Source: Planctomycetota bacterium (GTDB taxonomy: Bacteria; Planctomycetota; B15-G4; SIAN01). From it: a stretch of 64,000 bases of DNA. Numbering within the stretch: the first letter of the stretch is position 1; each line of letters starts with the position of its first letter. Below, piece by piece: positions 56,263 through 64,000 of this stretch. The DNA is taken from positions 160,001-224,000 of the forward strand of contig JANNXA010000040.1 of assembly GCA_031409275.1 (NCBI GenBank), written 5' to 3'. The notes under the pieces were generated by a model that saw only the letters and a list, made by a program, of their open reading frames with translations, did no database searches and had not been told where the DNA came from. The translations under genes were made by a program, and so were the position numbers.

Positions 56263-57648
56263 ATGAAACTGCTCCTGCGCGCGGCCGCGGCCGCAGCCTT
56301 GGCGTTCGCGATCGATGGCCGTGCGGCGCACGCCGCGACCGACGAGGTCGATCCGCCGGTCGGCACGCTCGACGGGCGGCCGCTCGAGGCGGGTCGGTTC
56401 GCCGAGTTCGTGCTCTCCGAGCAAGGCCGGTCGGCGAGCGGCGCCGACGCGCTCGACCACCTCGTGCAGGCGCATCTCGTCGACCTCGAAGTGGCGCGCC
56501 GCGGCATCGTCGTGACGGAGAGCGACGTCGACGAGCGCATCGACGCGCTCGACGCGCGGTTGCGCGCCGAGTCGAACGGCAAGCTCTCGATCGCCGACGA
56601 GCTCAAGTCGCGCGAAATGGACCGCGACACCTTCCGCATGCTGATGCGCAAGGCGATCGCCTGCGAACGGATGATGGGAGCCGACTACGGCCTGCGCAGC
56701 GGCTCGGAGATCCCGCGCGAGAAGCAGAGTCTCTGGTTCCAGGAACTGAAGGCGCGCAGCGCGGTCCGCGTCGACGGGCTGGCCACCGGCATCGCGGCGG
56801 AGGTCGGCGACGCCTCGATCAGCCGCACGGCGTGGGGACTCGAGCTCTTCGGCGCCTTGCCCAAGGACGACGCTGCTCGACTCTTCGACGAGTACATCGG
56901 GATCGAGCTCCTGCTCGCGGCCGCGAAGAAGGCGCGGCTCGAGGTGACGCCCGCGCATGTCGCAGCCGAGGTGCAGGAGCGGTCGGCGAAGCTCGCGGCC
57001 AAGCTCAAGGCGGCGGGGATGTCGACCGACGGGGTCGACTACCTTTCGACCTTGCGCGCGCGCGGAGACGATCCCGACAGCGTGCTGGCGAGCGACCGCT
57101 TCCGCGCCGAGATCTTGCTGAAGGAACTCGCGCGCCAGCGCTTCGGAAGCGATGGCTGGAAGCGCTACTACGCCGACCACCGCGCCGACTTCGATCGCGC
57201 GTTCGGACGGCGCGTGCACCTCGCCACCATCCACCTGCGCGCCGACGCCCGTTCGGGCGGCCCGGCCGGCCGCACGCTCTCCGACGCGACGGCCACGCTC
57301 GACGGGCTGAAGCAACGGGCGCAAGCGGGCGACGTTCCGGTCGCCGAGGCCTTCGCCAGTTTCGCGCGCCTGCGTTCCGAGCATGAGTCGGCGCCTCGCG
57401 GCGGCGACATCGGGTTCCTCGCGGCCGAGGAACTCGAACGCAACGGATTGCCGTCGTCGCTGCTCGACGAGAAAGTCGGCGCGGTCGTCGGCCCGGTGCC
57501 GACCATGAGCGGCGCCCACCTGCTGCGCGTGATCGAGCAGAGAGCCGCCTCTCCGTTCGAGGAGGTGGTCGGCGAAGTCGAACTTGCGGCGCGCCGGCAG
57601 CTGCTGCAGGAGCTGCGCAAGGCGGCCAAGGTGGAACGCAAGATCTGA
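56263..57648 (+). CDS. SurA/PrsA-like PpiC-type peptidyl-prolyl isomerase
   Basis: Signal peptide; duplicated SurA-N-like helices; FARLRSEH.SAPRGGDIGF, VVGPV...GAHLLRV. Confidence 0.8.
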   Translation: MKLLLRAAAAAALAFAIDGRAAHAATDEVDPPVGTLDGRPLEAGRFAEFVLSEQGRSASGADALDHLVQAHLVDLEVARRGIVVTESDVDERIDALDARLRAESNGKLSIADELKSREMDRDTFRMLMRKAIACERMMGADYGLRSGSEIPREKQSLWFQELKARSAVRVDGLATGIAAEVGDASISRTAWGLELFGALPKDDAARLFDEYIGIELLLAAAKKARLEVTPAHVAAEVQERSAKLAAKLKAAGMSTDGVDYLSTLRARGDDPDSVLASDRFRAEILLKELARQRFGSDGWKRYYADHRADFDRAFGRRVHLATIHLRADARSGGPAGRTLSDATATLDGLKQRAQAGDVPVAEAFASFARLRSEHESAPRGGDIGFLAAEELERNGLPSSLLDEKVGAVVGPVPTMSGAHLLRVIEQRAASPFEEVVGEVELAARRQLLQELRKAAKVERKI

Positions 57649-57709
57649 GCGAGAGGGGCGCGGTTCGAAGGAAGATCGGCGGCACGCAGCGTCGCAGGAG
57701 GCGTGAAGG

Positions 57710-58018
57710 ATGCAGTTGGCACGAGTCGTCGGGACGGTCGTCTCGACCATCAAAGAGCCGCGCATGCGCGAGCTGAAGCTGCAGGTGCTGCGGCTGCTCG
57801 ACGAGCAGGGCCGCGAGACGGGCGGCTATCAGGTCGCGGTCGACGCCGTTGGCGCCGGCCACGGCGACGTCGTCCTTTTCGCCGGAGGGTCGAGCGCGCG
57901 CCAGACCGAGCAGACTGACGGCAAGCCGACCGATGCGACCATCATGGCGATCGTCGATTCCTGGGACGTCGCTGGCCGCGTCATCTGGTCGGCAAGCGGC
58001 AGCGAGGCGACGCCTTGA
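57710..58018 (+). CDS. BMC vertex (pentamer) protein, EutN/CcmL family
   Basis: MQLARVVGTVVSTIK..VAVDAVGAGHGDVVL..GSSAR..DATIMAIVD. Confidence 0.93.
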   Translation: MQLARVVGTVVSTIKEPRMRELKLQVLRLLDEQGRETGGYQVAVDAVGAGHGDVVLFAGGSSARQTEQTDGKPTDATIMAIVDSWDVAGRVIWSASGSEATP

Positions 58019-58299
58019 GGCTTGGACGCGTCATCGGCCGCGTCGTGGCCACCGTTCGGGCGAAGGATCTCGACGGCGAGAAGCTCCTCGTGGTGCAGCC
58101 GCTCGATGGCGAGCGGCGCCCGATGGGTCCCACGGTCATCGCTTGCGACGTCGTGGAGAGCGGTCCTGGCGACCTCGTGCTCTGGGTCGGCGGCCGTGAA
58201 GCGGGCCTCGCGCTCGCTCGTTCGTTCGTGCCGGTCGATGCGACGATCATCGGTCACGTGGAGCCCGAGTCCGGCACCAGCGTCGCTGGCGTGAACTGA
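58015..58299 (+). CDS. BMC vertex protein, EutN/CcmL family
   Basis: MRLGRVIGRVVAT..KLLVVQP..ACD.V.SGPGDLV..PVDATIIG. Confidence 0.9.
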   Translation: MRLGRVIGRVVATVRAKDLDGEKLLVVQPLDGERRPMGPTVIACDVVESGPGDLVLWVGGREAGLALARSFVPVDATIIGHVEPESGTSVAGVN

Positions 58300-58308
58300 G
58301 GAGCGGCC

Positions 58309-58659
58309 ATGTACCTCGCCCGCGTCCTCGCACCCGTCGTCGTCCCGATCCACCATTCGGTGCTCGACGCGAAGACACTGCTGCTCGTCGCCCGCGTCGA
58401 GCCAGACGGGCGGCGCGACCCGCGCGCCCACCACCGCGTCGCGCTCGACACCGTCGGCGCCGGCGAAGGCGACCTCGTGCTGATCCTCGAAGAGGGGAAC
58501 TCCGCGCGTCAGCTCCTCGACGACCGCGCGGCACCGGTGCGAAACGTCGTGGTCGGCATCGTCGATGAGGTCGAGGTCGAAGGCAGAATCACCTTGTGCA
58601 ACGAGGCGCGCTCGCCCACCGCGATGCGCGCCGGATCGCCGCCGGAGCCCGCTCGATGA
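58309..58659 (+). CDS. BMC vertex protein, EutN/CcmL family
   Basis: MYLARV..VALDTVGAGEGDLVL..EGNSAR..PVRNVVVGIVD. Confidence 0.88.
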   Translation: MYLARVLAPVVVPIHHSVLDAKTLLLVARVEPDGRRDPRAHHRVALDTVGAGEGDLVLILEEGNSARQLLDDRAAPVRNVVVGIVDEVEVEGRITLCNEARSPTAMRAGSPPEPAR

Positions 58660-59372
58660 ACTATCCCTACAGCGAAGCGGAGCTGCGCCAGCAGCTGTGC
58701 GACATCGGCCGCATGATGTACGAGCGCGGCTTCATCGGCGCCGCCGACGGCAACCTCGCCGCGCGCATCGATGACGAGCGGCTGCTGGTGACGCCGGCCG
58801 GGGTCCTGAAGGGCTTCATGACGCCGGACATGCTGGTGGTCACCGATCGACAAGGCAACGCGCTCGATGGCGGCCGGCCCTCGACCGAGATCAAGATGCA
58901 CGTGGCGTTGCTCGAAGAGCGGCCCGATGTCTCCGCGGCGCTGCACGCCCACCCGCCCTACACGGTCTCCTTCTCGCTGGCCGGCATTCCGCTCACGCGC
59001 TGCGTGATCCCCGAGATCGTCGTGACCATCGGCAATGTGCCGACCGTCCCCTACGCGACCCCCGGCACCGAGGAGCTGCCCGACTCGCTGCGCGTGCCGA
59101 TCCGCAGCTCCGACGTCCTGCTGCTCGAGCGGCACGGCATCGTGACCGTCGCGGACGAGATCTGGAACTGCTTCAAGCTGCTCGACATGGTCGAGCACTC
59201 GGCCAAGATCACCCACCTGGCGATGCAGCTCGGCGGCGCGAAGGTGCTCGACCGCGAGCAGGTCGAGAAGCTGGTGCAGTCGCGCTACGACCTCGGCATC
59301 GGCCAGCGCAACACGATCGCCGACGATGTGCAGTCCCGCGTGAGCTGTTCGCAGCCGATCCGGCGCGGCTGA
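58656..59372 (+). CDS. Class II aldolase/adducin family (L-fuculose-1-P aldolase-like)
   Basis: DGNLAAR, TPAG, PSTEIKMH, HAHPPY, YATPGT, LLERHG. Confidence 0.92.
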   Translation: MNYPYSEAELRQQLCDIGRMMYERGFIGAADGNLAARIDDERLLVTPAGVLKGFMTPDMLVVTDRQGNALDGGRPSTEIKMHVALLEERPDVSAALHAHPPYTVSFSLAGIPLTRCVIPEIVVTIGNVPTVPYATPGTEELPDSLRVPIRSSDVLLLERHGIVTVADEIWNCFKLLDMVEHSAKITHLAMQLGGAKVLDREQVEKLVQSRYDLGIGQRNTIADDVQSRVSCSQPIRRG

Positions 59373-59387
59373 GTCGGCGCCCTCCGC

Positions 59388-60521
59388 GTGACATCGCGAA
59401 CGCGACCGCCCGTCCTCATCGACGCCACGGCCGGCGCGCGGCGGGAGCGCTCGGGGGTCGGCCGCTACGTGCACAACCTGCTGCGCGCGCTCGCGCTCGA
59501 TCCGGCGACGCCGCCCTTCGCGCTCGGCGTCCGCAGCAGCAAGTGGCGCCATCGCGGACAGCTTCCGGGCGCGGAGGGTCCGCCGAAGCAGGCGCGTCGC
59601 CTGCTCGACTGGATCGACCGCTTCGGCCTGCGTGGCGTTGAACTCGTCCACGGCCTCGACGTCCGCCTCCCGCCGAACCGCCGCGTCACGCGCGTCGCAA
59701 CGCTGCACGACCTCTTCTCGCTCGAGCGCGTCGATCTGGCGCCGCCTTCGTTCCGGACCAAGCGCTGCGCGCAGTACCAGGAGATCGCCGACCACGCCGA
59801 CCGGGTGATCTGCGTCTCGGCGGCGACCGAAGCGGCGTTCCTGCGCCACTTCCCGCAGGCGCGCGGACGCACCTGCGTGGTCCACCACGGCGTCGAGCCG
59901 CGTTTTCGTCGCGCCGAACCCGCCGCCATCGAGGCCCTGCGCAGGAAGCGCCAGCTGCCGGCGCGCTACCTCCTCTTCGTGGGCCTGCTGTCGACCCGCA
60001 AGAACCTGCTGTTCCTGCTCGAAGCGTTTCGAGCGCTGGCGCCTCGTTTCCCCGACCTCGCCCTCGTCCTCGCCGGCCAACCGAGCTTCGGCTTCGAGAA
60101 GATCGAGCAGGCGCTGCGCACCCACCCGCATCGCTCGCGCATCGTGCTGCCCGGCTTCGTCGCCGAAGAGGACCTTCCCGCGCTCTACTCCGGTGCCGCC
60201 TGCTTCGCCTTCCCTTCGGTGCTCGAAGGCTTCGGGCTGCCGATCCTCGAATCGTTCGCCTGCGCCACGCCGGTCGTCGCCAGCGCGCTGCCGGTGATCG
60301 AGGAGATCGGTGGCGACGCGCTGAAGACCGCGCCCGGCGACGCCATCGAGCCGTTCGTCGAGCTGCTGGCGCGCGAGATCGAGCAGCCGTGCCCTCCCGA
60401 GCGGCGCCTGCGTCTCATCGCGCAGGCCGCTCGCTTCACCTGGAGCCAGGCGGCGCAGCGCACGGTCGCGGCGTGGAACGTGGCGCACGAGGTGAGGACG
60501 GGGCACCCGCTGCGCGGTTAG
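59388..60521 (+). CDS. Glycosyltransferase family 4
   Basis: SGVGRY, TLHDL, RKNL, FPSVLEGFGLPILE. Confidence 0.9.
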   Translation: MTSRTRPPVLIDATAGARRERSGVGRYVHNLLRALALDPATPPFALGVRSSKWRHRGQLPGAEGPPKQARRLLDWIDRFGLRGVELVHGLDVRLPPNRRVTRVATLHDLFSLERVDLAPPSFRTKRCAQYQEIADHADRVICVSAATEAAFLRHFPQARGRTCVVHHGVEPRFRRAEPAAIEALRRKRQLPARYLLFVGLLSTRKNLLFLLEAFRALAPRFPDLALVLAGQPSFGFEKIEQALRTHPHRSRIVLPGFVAEEDLPALYSGAACFAFPSVLEGFGLPILESFACATPVVASALPVIEEIGGDALKTAPGDAIEPFVELLAREIEQPCPPERRLRLIAQAARFTWSQAAQRTVAAWNVAHEVRTGHPLRG

Positions 60522-60531
60522 AACCGCCGCG

Positions 60532-63054
60532 ATGATCCGCCACCGAATCGCCCATCGCCGCGCCACCCCGTCGATTGGCGCCCTGCTGCTGCTCGCCCCG
60601 CTGACGCTGCCCATCGTTCAGGAGAGCGAACCGCCGCTGCCGCCGCGCAACGAGCGCGCGCTGACGAAGGACGCGGAGCTCGGCGGCTCCACGCTGCCGC
60701 CGCAGCTCGAGCGTGAGCTCGCCAATCGACTGCGCATCCTCGATGTCGCGGCCCACCCCGACGACGAGGATGGCGGGCTGCTCCATCTGCACGCGCTGCA
60801 GGGCGCCGAAGTGACGACCCTCTTCTCGACCCAAGGGGAAGGCGGCCAGAACGCGATCGGCAGCGCGCTCGACAGCGAGCTGGGTGCCCTGCGCGAGGAG
60901 GAGACGGTCGCGGCGAGCGCCGTGGTCGGCTCGACGCCGTGGTTCCTGGGCTTCCCCGACTTCGGATTCAGCAAGCGAGCCGAGGAGACCTTCTCGCGCT
61001 GGGGTGGTCGCGACGAAGTGGTGCGACGAATCACCTTCGCGATCCGTCGCCTGCGCCCCCACCGCGTCTTCACCAACCACGCGCAGACCGGCGGCCATGG
61101 CCACCATCAGGCCACGTCGATCGCGCTGCACGAAGCGGTGGTCGCCGCCAGCGATCCGGCGCGCTACCCCGAGCAGATCGCCGCCGGACTCGAGCCGTGG
61201 ACGGTCGACGCGCTCTTCGTGCGCATCACGGAGGGCGAGCCGCCGCCTGACACGACGTTCCACTTCGACTACGACGTCCCAAGCGCCGTGCCCGATCGCA
61301 CGATCGCCGCGCTCGCCTACGACGCGCTCACGCACCACGCGAGCCAGGGACCTTGGGCGCCCTTCGATCCGGCCAAGCGCCACGAGAGCAACTACGCGCT
61401 GACCTGGAGCGCGACGCCGCTGCGCTCGCTGCGTGAACTCCCCGCAAGGCAGGCGCGCATGCCGACGCGCGACGCGACCACGCCGTTCACCGTCGCCGAC
61501 CTGTTGGCGCTGTTGGCGCTGCCCGCGTTCAACGGGGAAGCGGCTCCGAGCGAAGAACGAGTCGACGAGTGGCTCACGGCACTGCTCGGCGCCGAGCTGA
61601 TCTACCCGGACGACGGCGACCTTGCGGCACGCGCCTTGGTGACCGGCGAGCCGCTGCGCGTGTTGTTGCTGCTGCACGGACGCGACCCGCTCTACCGCGG
61701 CGAAGAGTGCGCCGCCGCCGTTCGCCGACTCGAGCTCGACCTCGCGCTCACCGGACCGGCCGAGATCACCGCACGCGCCGACCTGGCGCAAGTCGCAAAG
61801 CGCCCCGAGCTGATCGAGACCTGGCGCGATGCGCTGTGCGGCGCCCTTTCGCTCCAGGTGAACGCGACTGCGCCCGCCTCCTTTCCGGCGGCGCAAGCGC
61901 CCTCGACGCCATGGTCGGCCGCTCGCCACCATCCGCTCGCCGTGCGACTCGGGCTGCGCCGCGGCGATTCCACGCTCGCCAACCTGACCCTGCCGATCGC
62001 CAAGCCGATCGCCCCCGCGCTGATCGGCGAGCTCGAGCAGGATCCGCTGACGCTCGTGCGACCGCCGGGCGCCGCCGTCGCGCGCGGAACGCTGCGCCTC
62101 TCGTTTCCAAGCGGCCGCGTGCCGCATGGAAAGCTGCGCCTCAAGGCCCCCGCCGGTTGCGACTTCGAGTCGCTCGGTGCGCGCCTCGCCGAACTGCCGG
62201 TCGAGCTGACCGCCGCCGCCAACCTTGGCAGCGCGGCCGCCCCACGCTTCGCGATCCCGTTCGTGCTGCGCCGCGACGAACTGCCGCCGCCGACGGCCGA
62301 CCGCACCTCGGCACGCCTGTCGCTCGAGTTCACGCTCGCCTTCGCCGACGGCGCGCCGATCGCGACGGTGCAGGGCGAGCTCGCGGTGATCGACGCGCTG
62401 CCGCCGAAAGGCAGCCGGGTCGCCTTCGTCGAAGGCAGCGATGGCAGCGCCGGCCGCGCGCTCGACGACCTCGGCGTGCCGTGCACGCGGCTCACGCCGG
62501 CGGCACTCGCACGCGAGGAACTGCGCGGCTACACCCACGTCCTGCTCGACGCGCGCACGTGGGGCAACGCCGCGCTGCGAGCGCAGTCGACGCAGTTGCG
62601 CGACTTCGCGGCGCGTGGCGGCCATGTCATCGCGCTCTATCACAAGCGGAACGACTGGAACGACGCGGTGAAGGCGGGGCAATCGCCGGCAGCGCTCGCG
62701 CTCGAGATCGCCGACGTGCGCGTCTGCGAGGAGCAGGCGCCGATCCGCATCCTCGCGCCGGGTGCGCGCCAGCTGATCTATCCCAACGTGATCCTCGCGC
62801 GCGACTTCGACGGTTGGGTGCAGGAGCGCGGCCTCTACTTCGGGGAGGCGAGCGACGACGCCGGCTGGCAGGAGCTGCTCGAATGCGCCGACGCGGGCGA
62901 GACGGCGCATCGAGGCGGGCTCCTCGTGGCGACCACGCCGGGCGGCGGCTCGTTCACCTACTGCGCCTACGCCCTCCACCGCCAACTGCGCGCCGGCCAT
63001 TCCGGCGCCTGGCGTCTCTTCGCCAACCTGATGGCGCCGCCGCCCGTCCGCTGA
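60532..63054 (+). CDS. PIG-L/LmbE family deacetylase with a long C-terminal extension (class I GATase-like tail)
   Basis: AAHPDDED, TQGEGGQN, DFGFSK, GGHGHHQA; C-terminal PN.I...DFDGWVQERGLY. Confidence 0.85.
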   Translation: MIRHRIAHRRATPSIGALLLLAPLTLPIVQESEPPLPPRNERALTKDAELGGSTLPPQLERELANRLRILDVAAHPDDEDGGLLHLHALQGAEVTTLFSTQGEGGQNAIGSALDSELGALREEETVAASAVVGSTPWFLGFPDFGFSKRAEETFSRWGGRDEVVRRITFAIRRLRPHRVFTNHAQTGGHGHHQATSIALHEAVVAASDPARYPEQIAAGLEPWTVDALFVRITEGEPPPDTTFHFDYDVPSAVPDRTIAALAYDALTHHASQGPWAPFDPAKRHESNYALTWSATPLRSLRELPARQARMPTRDATTPFTVADLLALLALPAFNGEAAPSEERVDEWLTALLGAELIYPDDGDLAARALVTGEPLRVLLLLHGRDPLYRGEECAAAVRRLELDLALTGPAEITARADLAQVAKRPELIETWRDALCGALSLQVNATAPASFPAAQAPSTPWSAARHHPLAVRLGLRRGDSTLANLTLPIAKPIAPALIGELEQDPLTLVRPPGAAVARGTLRLSFPSGRVPHGKLRLKAPAGCDFESLGARLAELPVELTAAANLGSAAAPRFAIPFVLRRDELPPPTADRTSARLSLEFTLAFADGAPIATVQGELAVIDALPPKGSRVAFVEGSDGSAGRALDDLGVPCTRLTPAALAREELRGYTHVLLDARTWGNAALRAQSTQLRDFAARGGHVIALYHKRNDWNDAVKAGQSPAALALEIADVRVCEEQAPIRILAPGARQLIYPNVILARDFDGWVQERGLYFGEASDDAGWQELLECADAGETAHRGGLLVATTPGGGSFTYCAYALHRQLRAGHSGAWRLFANLMAPPPVR

Positions 63055-63120
63055 ACGCCACGCCTTCTTGATGCGGCGCTACGATGCCGCGCCTTCGCGA
63101 AGGGAAGAGGGGAACCGCCG

Positions 63121-64000
63121 ATGAAGATGCGCTTGTCGCTGATGATGTTCCTGCAGTACGCGATCTGGGGCGCCTGGCTGCCGATCCTCTACCCGTACCT
63201 GCTCGGCCACCTCCACTTCGAGCTCGCTGACGTCTCGAAGATCTTCGCCGCCGCCGCCATCGGAGCGATCGTCGGCCCGTTCATCGCGGGCCAGGTCGCC
63301 GACCGCTTCTTCGCCACCGAGAAGTTCCTCGCCGTGAGCCACCTGCTCGGCGCGGCGCTGGTCTGGGAGCTGGCGAAGCAGGACAGCGTGAACGGCTTCC
63401 TGGTGCTCTCCACGCTCTACGGCGTGATCTACGCGCCGACGCTGGCGCTGACCAACTCGATCTCGCTCCACCACCTCACCGACCGCGACCGCGACTTCGG
63501 GCGCGTACGCCTATGGGGCACGATCGGCTGGATCGCCGCGGGGATCGTCGTCGGCCACTGGCTGAACCGCTTCACGCCGATCGGGCCGGAAACCACGGCG
63601 GCGATGCGCGAAACGGCGTGGAACGCCCACCGTGCGGACGCGTTCAAGCTGAGCGCGCTCCTCGGCGGTTTGCTCGGCCTCTACTGCCTCACGCTGCCCC
63701 ACACGCCGCCGCGCCGCGACGTCACCCAGAACAGCGCGATCGGCAAGGCGCTCAGTTACGCCATGAAGCGTCCGCTGGCGCTCCTCTTCCTGCTCGCGAT
63801 CCCGATGAGCTGCGTGCACCAGTTCTATTTCGTGCACGCCTCGACCTTCCTCTCGCGCTTCCAGAGCGGCGCCGCCGGCGACTTCTCCGAGAAACTGAAC
63901 CGGATCCTCGGCGTCGGCGGCGGCGGCCTGATGACGATCGGCCAGATGTCGGAGATCGCGGTGCTGGCGCTGGTCACCGTGCTGGCCAAGAAGATGTCGC
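63121..64000 (+). CDS. MFS nucleoside:H+ symporter family protein (NupG/XapB-like), truncated by the window end
   Basis: Read directly from the sequence (absent from the ORF track): MKMRLSLMMFLQYAIWGAWLP..GQVADRFF..YAPTLALTNSI..RLWGTIGW. Confidence 0.88.
   Translation, partial: MKMRLSLMMFLQYAIWGAWLPILYPYLLGHLHFELADVSKIFAAAAIGAIVGPFIAGQVADRFFATEKFLAVSHLLGAALVWELAKQDSVNGFLVLSTLYGVIYAPTLALTNSISLHHLTDRDRDFGRVRLWGTIGWIAAGIVVGHWLNRFTPIGPETTAAMRETAWNAHRADAFKLSALLGGLLGLYCLTLPHTPPRRDVTQNSAIGKALSYAMKRPLALLFLLAIPMSCVHQFYFVHASTFLSRFQSGAAGDFSEKLNRILGVGGGGLMTIGQMSEIAVLALVTVLAKKMS

Noticed and set aside
59388..63054. MshA/MshB- or BshA/BshB-like thiol biosynthesis pair
   Set aside because: The deacetylase is 840 aa with a signal-like N-terminus, the GT4 resembles LPS-type mannosyltransferases, and no cysteine ligase is present
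1..64000. Selenoprotein genes with in-frame UGA
   Set aside because: No CDS appeared interrupted at a catalytic Cys position by eye; a SECIS search was not run
1..64000. Many long alternative-frame and antisense ORFs (e.g. 24070-26457 -, 58509-60614 -, 60436-63000 -)
   Set aside because: Arg/Ala/Pro-rich shadow ORFs expected at ~70% GC, overlapping well-supported genes and lacking motifs

Overview
A roughly 70% GC bacterial chromosome segment, very likely from the PVC superphylum (Planctomycetota-like). The assignment rests on the PVC signature small basic protein, a TPR/tandem alpha-CTD protein, a DLG-type Ser/Thr kinase, many HEAT-repeat proteins and triple BMC vertex genes. 1-15 kb is a surface-polysaccharide operon: two O-antigen ligase/Wzy-like proteins, GT4/GT2 enzymes, a flippase, an aminotransferase and two fusion proteins. 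The rest is housekeeping (ffh, rpsP, murA, ruvA, ribD, miaB, mnmA, yajC, cysteine desulfurase-thiI, der, queE, tRNA-Sec) mixed with uncharacterised envelope HEAT/TPR proteins, a pentaheme cytochrome locus, a single-module Clp ATPase and a partial microcompartment locus. The strongest unexplained signal is the only AT-rich stretch (44.9-45.1 kb). It reads as enhancer/IHF-like sites plus a near-consensus sigma-54 promoter driving a ~170-nt GGA-rich non-coding transcript that ends at an intrinsic terminator facing tRNA-Sec, i.e. a candidate new sRNA. No CRISPR array, integrase or transposase was seen. All calls come from visual motif recognition; no database searches were run.
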